Positions 52,701-64,000 of a stretch of 64,000 bases of DNA are shown piece after piece (position 1 is the stretch's first letter; each line of letters opens with the position of its first letter). The stretch covers positions 18,910,001 through 18,974,000 of the forward strand of contig JAQFVV010000006.1 in NCBI GenBank assembly GCA_028023455.1, written 5' to 3'. Under the pieces are notes generated by a model. That model made no database searches. It had not been told where the DNA came from and saw only the letters and a program-made list of their open reading frames with translations. The position numbers and the translations under genes are program-made. This DNA is from Epiperipatus broadwayi. Its lineage: Eukaryota > Animalia > Onychophora.

Positions 52701-53465
52701 TCAGGGCGATTCCATATCCAAAACTTTTAACATCAGCTGTTTAAGAAGTATTTTATGGATTAAAATGAGAAGCTAAGTGACTAAAAGTAAATTGAGATTA
52801 TTTAAACCATCTAGATTTTGCAGATTGCAAATAGTGCTTCAGCATTTCAGAAAATGTTGCAAGAGTTACTGGATGAAAGTAGGACTAAAGATAAATGTTA
52901 AAAAAGACTAAAGTAATGTTCGATAGATTTTCTCAGAAGAAAAACAGCTACAAATATCTTGGTCAGATTATTCGTGCAAATGGAAACATAATGAATGGAA
53001 TTAACCATAGAATTTTAAATGGAATGCTTTGTTAGAATATTAAAATGAAATATGATTGTTGTTTGAAAAGGAAGGTTTTCAATAGATATGTTTTACCATT
53101 TCTTATTTATAAATCTGACACTTCAGAAAACTAATACAGAAACTTCAAATAACTCGAAGTATACATATATGTTAGAATAAGAAAATATTGAAATATGTAG
53201 CGAAAAGAATAAATGGTATCATTGACATCATAGAAAGAATTGAGAAACAAATGGAGCTGGGTTGGACATATTGCTAAGAAAGATGATAATAGATGGACAG
53301 TTGAATCCAAGAAATTATAAAAGCTCTAGAAACAGATCATGGGCGGATAAAATAAGGAAGTTTGCTAATCTGTTACTAAAGAAGAGAGACTACATATTGG
53401 AGAAATTGGATTAAATAGGAAAAAAAAACTATCTCAGCGAATTGATAATAGCTGAAAATGATATA
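52701..53465 (+). mobile_element. 5'-truncated, decayed RTE fragment (RT motifs through 3' end)
   Basis: Degenerate QGDSIS, HLDFAD and WSW.GHIA segments matching the RTE family above. Confidence 0.75.
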
Positions 53466-55424
53466 CACTATGATATCTGTTTTCAGGAAATAGATCTGGA
53501 AATTTCTTTACTGATGTTGACAAATCATTTAATCTAAAACAGACTTCAGAGAGAAAATGTGATTATTTTAGATTTATATATTAAGAGTTCAGAAAAAAAT
53601 TAATTTTAAATCTTAGTCAATAAGACATAACTTCCTTTTTGATCCTTTGTGCTTAGAAATCATTTATTTTGCATTCATTTTCAGTGTTAAATTAAGAAAG
53701 TTCACGTTCAAACTCATCTTTTATCATTCTATACTTCCTACTCTAATCTAGAAAATTTGGAACTATAGTAGATAGAAAGTTTTAATTATTTGGTCCATAC
53801 TTATAGAACTTGGCCTGCAGTTGAAAAAATGTGAAGACCTGAGAGTCTAGAATCATTTAATTTTGGGCTTTTTTAAAAAAAAAAAAAAAGAAGAAGCAAA
53901 ATCTATAGGAACTATTTAAAAAAAAAACATTCCCCACCTGTACTTCTTAAATAAATATATTTGTTGCTACATCCCCTTTTATAGTTTAAAAGTAAAAATT
54001 TATATACCAATTTAAGCATCTTGCAATGTCATAGTTTAGAATTTAATTATTAAATATATTGTATATTAGTTAACTAATAAACTAAAATAAAGAATGGGAA
54101 ATGTTTTCATTAATAATATTGAGATTGACTTCAATGTATTAATTACATAACTGATTTTCAGCATAAATAATAAACCATCTGATTCTTTTTTTTCTCAAAA
54201 GTAATCTTTATTAGTTAAAAGATTACAAAAATTTTCGGGTATACTTTACCCGTTGAGGATTACAAAGTGTTTAATGTTACAAGGTTTATATAAAGTGCAT
54301 ATGCTCGATAAAAGAAAAAGTCACATACTTAGTTGAAAAAGTAGAAATTATAAAGAACTATTTAGCCATCCAAATTCTTTAATGATATACTGTACATCCA
54401 TTCATCTGGGTTTATTTAAACATCCAAATTAAATATATGCCTACAATCTTTTAGATTATATTCATTATTGATATCCCTAATTATGCATTATAAACAAAAT
54501 ATGTATTGCCATTTTAGACTTGCTGATTTAATCCATTTTGCCATCTCAAAACTATAATTGGATGATCGGTAATCAACGATCATTGGGTGATTGTGATGGG
54601 CATTCCATCTACATCATCATTAGCAATATTTATATTTAAATATGATCATATTAACTTCAGAAAAAAAAAATTATATCAGATAACTACATAAATCAATTAA
54701 ATACGGTGTAAGTACAATATTTCTCTAACATATTGTGATGTATTTTATTCTTCTGTTTTTGTGCAAACTTCTAAAGGCTTTAAGATCTTTCCAAACTAAA
54801 TTAACATTGCGCTAGTTTGTATTTGTAAGATAATCTCTGTGACGTAAACATCTGCCTCTATCTACAAAGCAATGTTTAAGTTATATCATTTTTGTAAAAT
54901 CTGTTATTCTTCATCCATTTCAAAAGTCTTCCAATGAAAATAATGCCTTTACAATCATAGATTTAATAATCATAATGTCAATAAGATAAAATGAATGATT
55001 TTACCGGCTCATTTTGGAATATGGAATATTTTCAAAAAGAAAATTTTTTTTCATAAATATTGACAACAAACAAAAGTGAAAAAGATTGTATAACAGATTT
55101 TGGATTATTTATTTCAAAAAAACTTCCAGCAATGTTTTATTGCCCATTTCAGGGTAAGATATTACTATAAATGATTATAGATCATTTGTTCACAATAATA
55201 TATATGTTATAACTGAAGGCTGCAACAAAACATTGAAAGCAGCTTTTTTTTTTTTACCCATTTTCAATTTTATTGACATTTTACACTAATACCAATAACT
55301 ATTTAATATTAAGATAGTAACAAATAATTATAAGATAAAAATAATTTATTTTATTGAAGCATTATATACATTACATAAATGGGTTTCTCCCCCTTATTTA
55401 CATTATATTCATACAACATCTAAC

Positions 55425-55652
55425 CCCATTCTTCAAAAGTTAATGGGAGAATCCCTGGTTGTGGCGGAAGCACAGACAGAGGTAAATCTGAAATTCCTGA
55501 AAATAACGATGACAGAGTATACATAGAAAAGTTCTTAGTGTCTTCTTTGGGAAGCCTTTTAGATTTTTTCAACCACTTTTCTGACCAATCTTTAATATCA
55601 GGAAGAGGCTTATCTTCAAACTTGGGCTTTTTTTTTGCTTTTTCAGATTTAA
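55425..55652 (-). CDS. Internal exon of unidentified minus-strand gene (KSEKAKKKPKFEDKPLPDIKDWSEKWLKKSKRLPKEDTKNFSMYTLSSLFSGISDLPLSVLPPQPGILPLTFEEW)
   Basis: Acceptor tttattttag| and donor tggg|gttaga; 228 nt stop-free, phase 1/1; GC-richer than flanks. Absent from the ORF track, presumably because no in-frame start gives 60 aa. Confidence 0.75.
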
Positions 55653-58600
55653 CTAAAATAAATAAATATTTTAAGAATTAAATCTAAGATAAAAATAATT
55701 TTTACAAATGTATCTATCAGAGTTTTAAATTTATATTGCTGTCAAGTGCATATACACAGTCTCTTAAACAATCATATGATTATTAAAAAAGACATTACAA
55801 AAATTTTATTAAAAAAATTAATTTCCGCAATGTTCTTTCTAAATATTCACCCAAATATATGATTGAAAAATTAAAGAATTAATTAGAAGTATCCTCTGCA
55901 TCATCACAATCTAGTCTTGTCTATATTAATGTGTAGCTGTTACTCTCTAGCTAATAATAGTTACCTGCACAAATGCTAATTGATATTGGATTCTTAATTA
56001 AGTTGTTAATAAATCACCTACCTGAAAGAAAAAGTTATAAGCCTGATTAAGAATTTGATAAAAATTTCAAATTCATTCACCAAACATGACAAGATATGGG
56101 TGCCATTTCACCACTACAACCTAAGGATGGAAAACAAATGAAATTTTTTTCCAAATTTCAAACAGTCAAATGTGTTGCAAAACTTTTTTTATTTTAAATA
56201 AATATCTTTGAGATACTTTTAAACTATAAAGTTTAAATTTTTTATGAAAAAGAAGTTTGATTTAACACTAAAAGTAATGCCAAAACTGCAATCACAGCCA
56301 TTGAACATATAATAATGTTAAACAAATTACAAGTTCCCTAAATGATTAACGAAATGTTTCATTCAAGATTAAGAGTCCACGACTATCTTGCAAGATTCAC
56401 TAACATTAGGAAATAAAGGCAATGTTTTTATAATTCTATCATTAAGAAAAAAATTAAAAGCTAGAAAAATAATATCAATTTAGATAGTGGAGTATAAAAA
56501 TAAACTATATAAATCAATCTTTCACCTTGGTGATTATTCCATTTGCCACTAATGATTATTGAAGTAAGTTGGGATTTTATGAGTACAGAAATAAAACTAA
56601 AATTTCTAATTAGTTTCATACTGGTACTTATATTCTCCAAAAATTTCATGTTTAATTTTTCTTTGTTTAAAAGTTGCAGATATATCTTAAGAAATATAAG
56701 CTAAACAATTACAAAGCTGTCTAAAAATTGATGGAAGATTCAAGATATTTGAGGGAGAACAATAAATTAAATGTCAAGTTTAAAAAGATATAAACATTAA
56801 CAAGAGAAAGAAAAGATAATAGATTGTAAAAATCTTGTGATGATAGAGAAGGATCAGTCTAACAAACATAATTAGCATAATGAAAATAATGGTAAACATT
56901 CAAAGAACTTGACAGAAATTATCCACTTCAGAAATTTGGAAAAACAATTTGATACAATAAAATTCTACTGATTGATGTTATAAATACTGTAAACAAGAAG
57001 TAATTGCAGAGTAAGTGATGAAATTATATATATATAAATTTAATTAGGAGAGAAATAATTGTATATATAAAAAAAAAAACAATTCAGGCATCAAATATCA
57101 CGATAACAGTTACAGAGATCACAAGCTTCAGAAAACGATTAATAAACTTACATTAAGTATTAGATTTACATAAGCAAAATGTATCTTAATAAATTGGATT
57201 GTTTGAGATTATCTCTAACAATTTATTAAGATATATTTTGCCTATTTAATCAAAAGAGCTTAAATATGTTAATAAATATCCACAAAATTTCTCAATTATT
57301 TGATAAGGATTACATAATTAGCTTTATTCAGAGAAAAATGTTATAAAGCAAACATAAATAATCGGTTAGATGCAAAGTCATGCTATGGCTGAGCTTCAAT
57401 CGGAAACCTTCAGCTTTTGAGGTTTTTTTTTACCATTGAATTAAACAGCACAGGACATTCAAAGGAATGAATACATAGTTATTAAAACGTTAAACAAGAT
57501 TTTATTTTTCAATATAATCCACAGTTTTATGTTTCAATCTTAAAGCCAATATGACAAATTTATTGTATTAGCTTCTTAGTCAATTTTCTTTTCAACCTCT
57601 TCATGAAATTCCTCTAAAAAGTATGTTTGCACACAAAAAACACATTATTATGCTCATTCCCGAAGTCATATTAACTACTATAATCCTGGAAATAACTGTA
57701 TTAATTGTTAACATTGTACTCAAATTAACTGCTTTGTCAAATATAGAAAATGTATTACAACATTCATTTATAACCTATTTTACTGGCTTTCTCTTATGAC
57801 AATATTTATGTATGGAAAAATTACTACGAGACCAGTGAAGCTAAAAACATCTTTATACAACTATATATATTATATGTTAAACTCTTTGCTAAGGCAAATT
57901 GAGTTTATAAATTATTTAGAATATACCCTGCCAATGAATAAAAGCAAACAGCTAATTTACTTAAGTCTTGATAGATGTGATTAAATTAGAAAAATGACGT
58001 TGGTACTAGTTTAACAAAAAATGGCTGACACTTTTATTAAACATATAAGCAAGCCATAATTTTATGTAAATCCAGACTTGGACAAATAATTCCGGCAAAT
58101 ACAAAATGCCAGACCTTTGAAAAATGTGATGCGCACATAAATCTAGTCAGTTCTTGTATTCTGCAGAACCAACATTTCTCATGATGTGTTTTGTTTAAAA
58201 ATAATGTAGGCAACAAGTAAGTTATAGTCTGATGTTATATGAAAAATTCATGCCTTGTTACTTTCAATCATGTTTTTGAATTAAATGAATATCTTTATAG
58301 AAGAGATGATTGGATTGAAATAAGAGAAATCATTATAACCCATTTGGTTATGTATTATTTTTAAACATTAATTGCCCAAGATAAAATATTAAAAAAGTAT
58401 AGAGAAATATAATAAAAGATTCGTTCCAGGGACCAGCTGCTTGCATCAGAATGGTTATACAAACAGACTTGGTCCAGAATTGATCTTCCAAGCTTTTGAT
58501 CTTATGAACATTTACAATCAGCTATGCAGAATACCATGTATGAAACCAGCATCATGAAACTATGTAAACTTTGTTAATAAAATTTTTGTTTTGTTTTGTT

Positions 58601-59055
58601 TTTTTTTTTTAAAAAAAAGGTTTATAAAATGATATGAGAGATCTTATCAAATTGGTGTAGACGATAGCAGAGGAGGAACAGAATTTATGAGAACATGATA
58701 TACCAAAAATTCAATGAAAAATTGACACAGACTGCTCTAGAAGACCAAGAAATACCAGGTAAGACTGCTAAATTAACTAAAAAATACCACCAGGTTTTTT
58801 AAACATTTATGAAAATCAAATAATAACACACTGTTCAGATAATAATACTACTACACTATTGGAAAATGCTTTAAAGCATTGCTTCAGCCACAAAGCAAGC
58901 ATGATATTTTCATTAAATAAAACTTGCCATAAGTTTTGCAAAATATTAAATAATATTTTAAACTTAAGAATGCTGATAAATAAGTCATTGAAAAGAAAAA
59001 TTAAACGAAGTTTAAATAAACATAGTTGCATATATATATATATTAATTAATGGAA

Positions 59056-59208
59056 TAGATCTTATAAATTACCTTACACGGAAATGAATTCCTAAGAAAC
59101 CAATTAAATGTATAGATCTAAAACCTTACAGATATGGAAATAAATTTCTAAGACTAATTAATTGTATAGACCTAAAACCTTACTGTATATGGAAATAAAT
59201 TCCTAAGA
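59056..59208. repeat. Tandem repeat, ~55-bp unit, ~2.7 copies
   Basis: taga(t/c)ct..accttac..ggaaat(g/a)aatt(c/t)ctaaga at 59056, 59113 and 59167. Confidence 0.8.
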
Positions 59209-59362
59209 GTAAAAAGCTAAGAGGAATTTCATTGCATGATAACAAACCTAAATAATAAATTAATTAAGCGAACTGATTAAAGCCAAAGAATTTATTCCAG
59301 AAAAGATAAGAGAAACAAAAGAAGAAATGAATATAAAAAGCTAGAGAAAAAGGACTGCTCAC

Positions 59363-59408
59363 TCTTTCTGTGGTTCATGAGTTGAAGATCATCATCAGAG
59401 GACTTCAT
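59363..59408 (-). CDS. Candidate first coding exon of an unidentified minus-strand gene (MKSSDDDLQLMNHRK)
   Basis: ATG at 59408; donor aaga|gtgagc in phase 1, matching the phase-1 entry of exon 55652-55425. An upstream acceptor (cctacag|, exon from 59425) and donor (|gtaagc at 59562) suggest a 5' UTR intron. Confidence 0.45.
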
Positions 59409-61799
59409 TCCCAGAATCTCAGCTCCTGTAGGTCACTAACCTAAGTAATACTTTTAACAGATCATCTCGATCTGATTATTTTGAAATGCTTCAAGAGGCT
59501 CTTCGAGGGTTGTGTCATAAAGACTATAGGCGTTAGTAAAGCTAAAGTGAATAGTAGCTTACCTTAACTGCATTGTGAATTAGGCTCACTTAAATGCAGA
59601 CTATTTATATTGCAAATCTGAATAGGAACTTTTTTTTAATTGTTATTGCTAATATATATGTGCTGTTAGCTGTCGAGTTTATTGTATATTTGTTTGCTGG
59701 TCGCCTAGTCTTAGTTGGGGACCTAGCATGTTTAATGTGATAATATTATAATGGAAAAAATTAAAAACTATGTGATTGAAATAACTAGAAGATTTATTAA
59801 TGGGTGGCTTGTATTAAAAAAAACCACAAAAATAAAAAATTATACAGATATTTAAAAAAAAAATTTCTGACAATTATTTTTTAATGATTTTGAAAATTTA
59901 GTTCAAAAACTACATAAACTTTTTTAATGTATTTAAAATATAATAGAAAAAAAATTATAATCGCATTAAATGTTCCTTAAAAAACAATATATTTTTTTTT
60001 AACTTCTAAGAATTACGAAAAATGTTTAATGAAATTTTCTTCACAAGACATCAATATTTTTATCATTATTATTAATTCTTTTTCTTTGTTTCAGCTAAAA
60101 AAATTTATCAAAGTAAATAAAATTGCTCAGGTTTTGTTGCCCGATTTACTTTTCAAGATTTTGATAAGATAATTACTAAAATCCCTTCCCACCATTTTTC
60201 ATTCCTCAATGATACCTGTGAGTGCAAAATTAATTTAAAATCTACAGCAATCAGTTAAATGTTAATCAAATTATACTTTTTTTAATTAGATTTCAAATTT
60301 GTTTTTTAAAGCCTAACATGGATAAATAGTTAAACAGAAAACGTGAGAAAAAAAAAAATGACCAAAAAAATAAACCCATTTCAAGAAACATTACAACCTG
60401 TAAAGACACAATTAGCAACAGGCAGAAAATTTTACCCTTTAGAAAATGAATGTCGGACAAAAAAAAAAATACCATTTTATAAATTACTGAATTTCCAGGA
60501 ACATTCTTAACATCATTAAAGCATTTGATAAAATTTAAAAATATGATCCATTTTATTAGAAATATGAATTTATGTCATCAAATAGTGATCTGAAAAAACC
60601 TATGATTGATTTGCCTCACAACATTGCCAAAGGAGATGAGGTCTGTAAAAATGGTTCAGCATTTTAAAACTGTTCACAACGAATGTAAAAATGAAATAAC
60701 AGAATTTTTTTAAATGCTAATGGTTTAAAAATTACACAAAAATTTATTTTCAAAACATAGTACTAAAAAACTTGCGAAATCTTTTTTTTTAATTTCCTAT
60801 TAATTCAAAGGTAAAAAAAGCATGTACTATTGATGAAAATCTTATTTTATGTGTAGCTATTTGAGTTAGTGAAGGAGTACCCAATTCATAGCTAGCCAAG
60901 CCTTTTAAAAAAATCTGTGTGTAATGATATTTTTAAAAAAGAATTATAATAATGATAATATTAGAACTACTTAATATCTTAGTAAAATGAAAAACTTACT
61001 ACCCAGTTCAATGCATCCATTGATGGTTCATGAAGCATTTACTTTTTTGTAAAATATTTCTAGGATCACTAAAAGGATATTTTTTTTCAAATAAGGAATT
61101 TGACTGATTAAAATGTATTGAGATTTGCACTGTGTGAAATAACAGAGGTGAAAACATTTAGTTTTTCAAAAAACGGGAGATGAAATAAATAAAACATCAG
61201 ATTATCAGTAGAAATTTTTCATATTCTATGTAAAGAAATGGACTCAAATTATAAATTGGTTATTATGCTAAAAAGTTTTGAAGAGTTTTAGTACTAAAAG
61301 ATCACCTTTGATTCCTCTTATTTTTCTGATTAAAACTGGAACATGTTCTTCTGGTTTTTTTTTTTTTAAAAAGTGAATTAAATAAATCTTGGATAGTAAA
61401 GAAAAAGTTGCAAGTAGTGTATGTAAATATCATCTCTATCCTTTACTGAATGAATGTTTTAAAAATAAAATTGCCAATATGGAGGTTTCAGTTTGGACAG
61501 CTGTGTTGATGCAGTGTAAGGTGGTCTTTTCTCTCTGTCCTACACCATCATCATTTGAAACATTAATAAGTATAGTTTAATTAAATATAAGCAGCTACAC
61601 TCATGGCAGAGGGATACATGATAAGGAATTTTATGATATGGGAGAAGTGAGTATTTCATAATTCATTAGAAAAGCTAACAAGTACATACAGCTTTAAAAT
61701 TATCTATGAATTTTAATTCTAATAAAATTTCAAAAATAATGCAATAGGTAACAAGCTCTCAACTTTCATTACTTTGATTAGGCTCATTTGTCGGAGAAG

Positions 61800-63540
61800 G
61801 GTGTCATAACCCCCAATTAGAATTAGTTGTGGATTTTGAGAATGTGACGGATAGATGCACTAATAAAGATTCTATTATAAAAAACACAAACAAATTACTT
61901 GATTATTGCCACAATTCCCTATCTATTAGATGTAGAAATAAAAAGATTAAGAACTTTAATGAATTTTTAACAGAGAAGGAAATCATTTGTCTACTAAAGA
62001 AAGTCATCTATTTATATTGAAAAGATTCAGCAGCAAATTGGTTTAATTAAATTCAAGCGAATCAATAATTATAACCTTAAGAGACAAAAAGACAAGTTTA
62101 TATCTAGCATTTTGAAAAAATATACCCGTCAGCTATCGTCACTCCACACATATTTGTAAAAGGAAAATTCCACAAGCAGAACTATCTAATCTTTCAAAAG
62201 AAAACTATCTAGACTTATGATCGACTTTGGCAGAGCATAATATAACCTAGCAACCAAAATGGTTGCAAAGTGTTTGCAATCTGAACTTGGTTTCAGAAAG
62301 TTGACAATTAAATCATCTTTTGATTTTGTTAATATTATTAAAAATGTAAATATTTGTGAATAGTTCAGAATGGCTTCTTTCGTTATGACCGAGCTCTACA
62401 GGTCAGTCAATTGTGTAGGCCAATTAATATTATACATAAACTACTGAAGCATAGCACGGTTAGCGATAAGAGGATACAGTTTATCATGGACATGTGGGGT
62501 TTTAACAAGAATCTGCATGCATTGTGTAGGGATGAATCTTTTCTTATGAACACAAATTGACCCATGGGTTTATCAATTAAATGACATGATTTTTTAGCTT
62601 GCAGTGGATTTTATTGAGAATGAGATCATTCTGCCTTTCTTGGACACTGATAGGAATATGACATACACAAGAAATGTGGATGATGGATTTGTTTGTGTTG
62701 ACACTGAACTCATCCAAGAGATGTTTAACAAATTGAAACTATTCCCAGAAATTAAATAAAACATGGACGAAGAGGACAGTGGTTATACTATCAAATTTCT
62801 AGATTTGAGATTGACAAGGCAAAATCAAACTATTGATTATTCAATGATTATTAAATCTCCTAGCATCAGGGGTTACTTGCACCCACAATCTGGGATCCTA
62901 TTCTGATATAAAATGGCAAGTTTTAAAGCCTTTTTATCTAAAAATAAAAAACTAAATTCAAAGCAGTTAGAAGAGATAATATAGAATGCTACAGAAAGGA
63001 CTTGATTAGGGTTGACTACCCAAGCACCATGCTTGACAAACAAGGATATTTCACAATGCACATACATCTAGTGATACACCTAACACTAAGCCATGGATTG
63101 ACATATTGTATATCCCTAATATACACTCATCCATTTTGTACTCTGACTTTAATATTGGCTTCAGATGCCATACACTTATCAATAATTCTAACGATAGTAT
63201 TAATCGCAAAGACAAACTCAATTAGTTTATGCCCTGGATTGCAAATTTTGCCATGAAGAAACCTATGTAAACCTAAAATGTAGAATAACCCCAGCATGTT
63301 TACTTATACAATAGAATCAAATCCAGCAACGCATATAGCTCAGTATTTATTGACCATGAAAATCATACTGGTCATTCTTTCAAACTTGCCAATGCTAAAA
63401 TTGTCTAACTTGAAGATAATTAAAAAAAAAGGGGAAATAAAAAAAGCTTGGTGTATTATCAACTCCCAAAACTCTACAAACATAAGTGCTAATAGAATTC
63501 CTCTCACTAAACACTGCATTTAATACAACATAGCGTGAAG
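61800..63540 (+). mobile_element. Second, highly decayed Penelope-like element (different family)
   Basis: Frameshifted PMGLSI, RNVDDGF and KFLDL (RT), then VYALDCKFC and HENHTGHSFKLANAKI..EDN..KR (GIY-YIG); boundaries approximate. Confidence 0.75.
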
Positions 63541-64000
63541 TTTTTCGCATGCAAATTTATAATAATTAAGAGCCAGCTTAATTTACATTTTATACATAGA
63601 GGAATATGGCTAATACTTTACTATTTCATTTTTTGACCATGCTACCGTATAAAAAGCCTGGCTTAGTAAATAATAAAATTTTAGATTTAAATTTATTACT
63701 GTATTTGAGTTTCAATTTTTCTTACATATTTTATTGTCAATTTGTACTTTACTTAAATTTAATGTTTGTGATCTATTTACATTTTGTGACTTATTGACAT
63801 TTTAAGACTTTTACACTTGGCATTTTGAGTTCAAATTAAGTAATTATTGAGGTTTATGTATGACAGATAATTTATTTACAACATTTAATTTACATTTTGT
63901 CTGTTTTACTGTCTTTAACAACTTTGTTTTCTTTAGGTTGAACTATTTTTGGAACTAGTTGTCCTCTTTTTGGGTGCCCAGCCAATACATAATTTTTTTG

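Noticed and set aside
54812-54861. Alternative phase-1 terminal exon for the minus gene (DRGRCLRHRDYLTNTN*)
   Set aside because: Phase-compatible, but exon 48145-48081 has stronger sites on both sides; cannot be excluded as a minor isoform.
61785-61820. cggagaagggtgtcataacccccaat as a hammerhead upstream of the second Penelope element
   Set aside because: Both core boxes (CUGANGA, GAAA) would need multiple changes; too degenerate to support.
63937-64000. Strong acceptor followed by an open frame (VELFLELVVLFLGAQPIHNFF) at the window edge
   Set aside because: Truncated by the window, and the nearest candidate upstream exon (ending ~61516) is phase-incompatible; needs the adjacent window.

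Overview
AT-rich eukaryotic genomic DNA, probably an arthropod, dominated by introns and transposon relics. On the + strand are the 3' exons of an unconventional myosin XVIII gene (MYO18A/Drosophila Mhcl type), from 30507 to about 47460. I found no upstream exon in the first 30 kb. A small spliced gene that the ORF track misses lies on the - strand (about 59408 to 47641, ~154 aa, unidentified) and converges tail-to-tail on myosin-18. Mobile elements: a full-length, TSD-flanked RTE LINE; further decayed RTE copies; two inverted copies of a second LINE family; two Penelope-like elements; a Merlin-like TIR element; hAT-type non-autonomous elements; an LTR-like insertion; and short tRNA-derived SINEs. 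Three observations stand out. (1) The 5' end of the full-length RTE folds into a complete HDV/CPEB3-like ribozyme whose predicted cut site lies within 1 nt of the target-site duplication. (2) One Penelope element has inverted terminal repeats that each carry a tRNA-like Pol III module followed by a minimal hammerhead motif. (3) A family of short fold-back elements has variable-length TSDs, and one member is fused to a LINE inside a single TSD pair. All calls were made by eye, with no database search or folding program.
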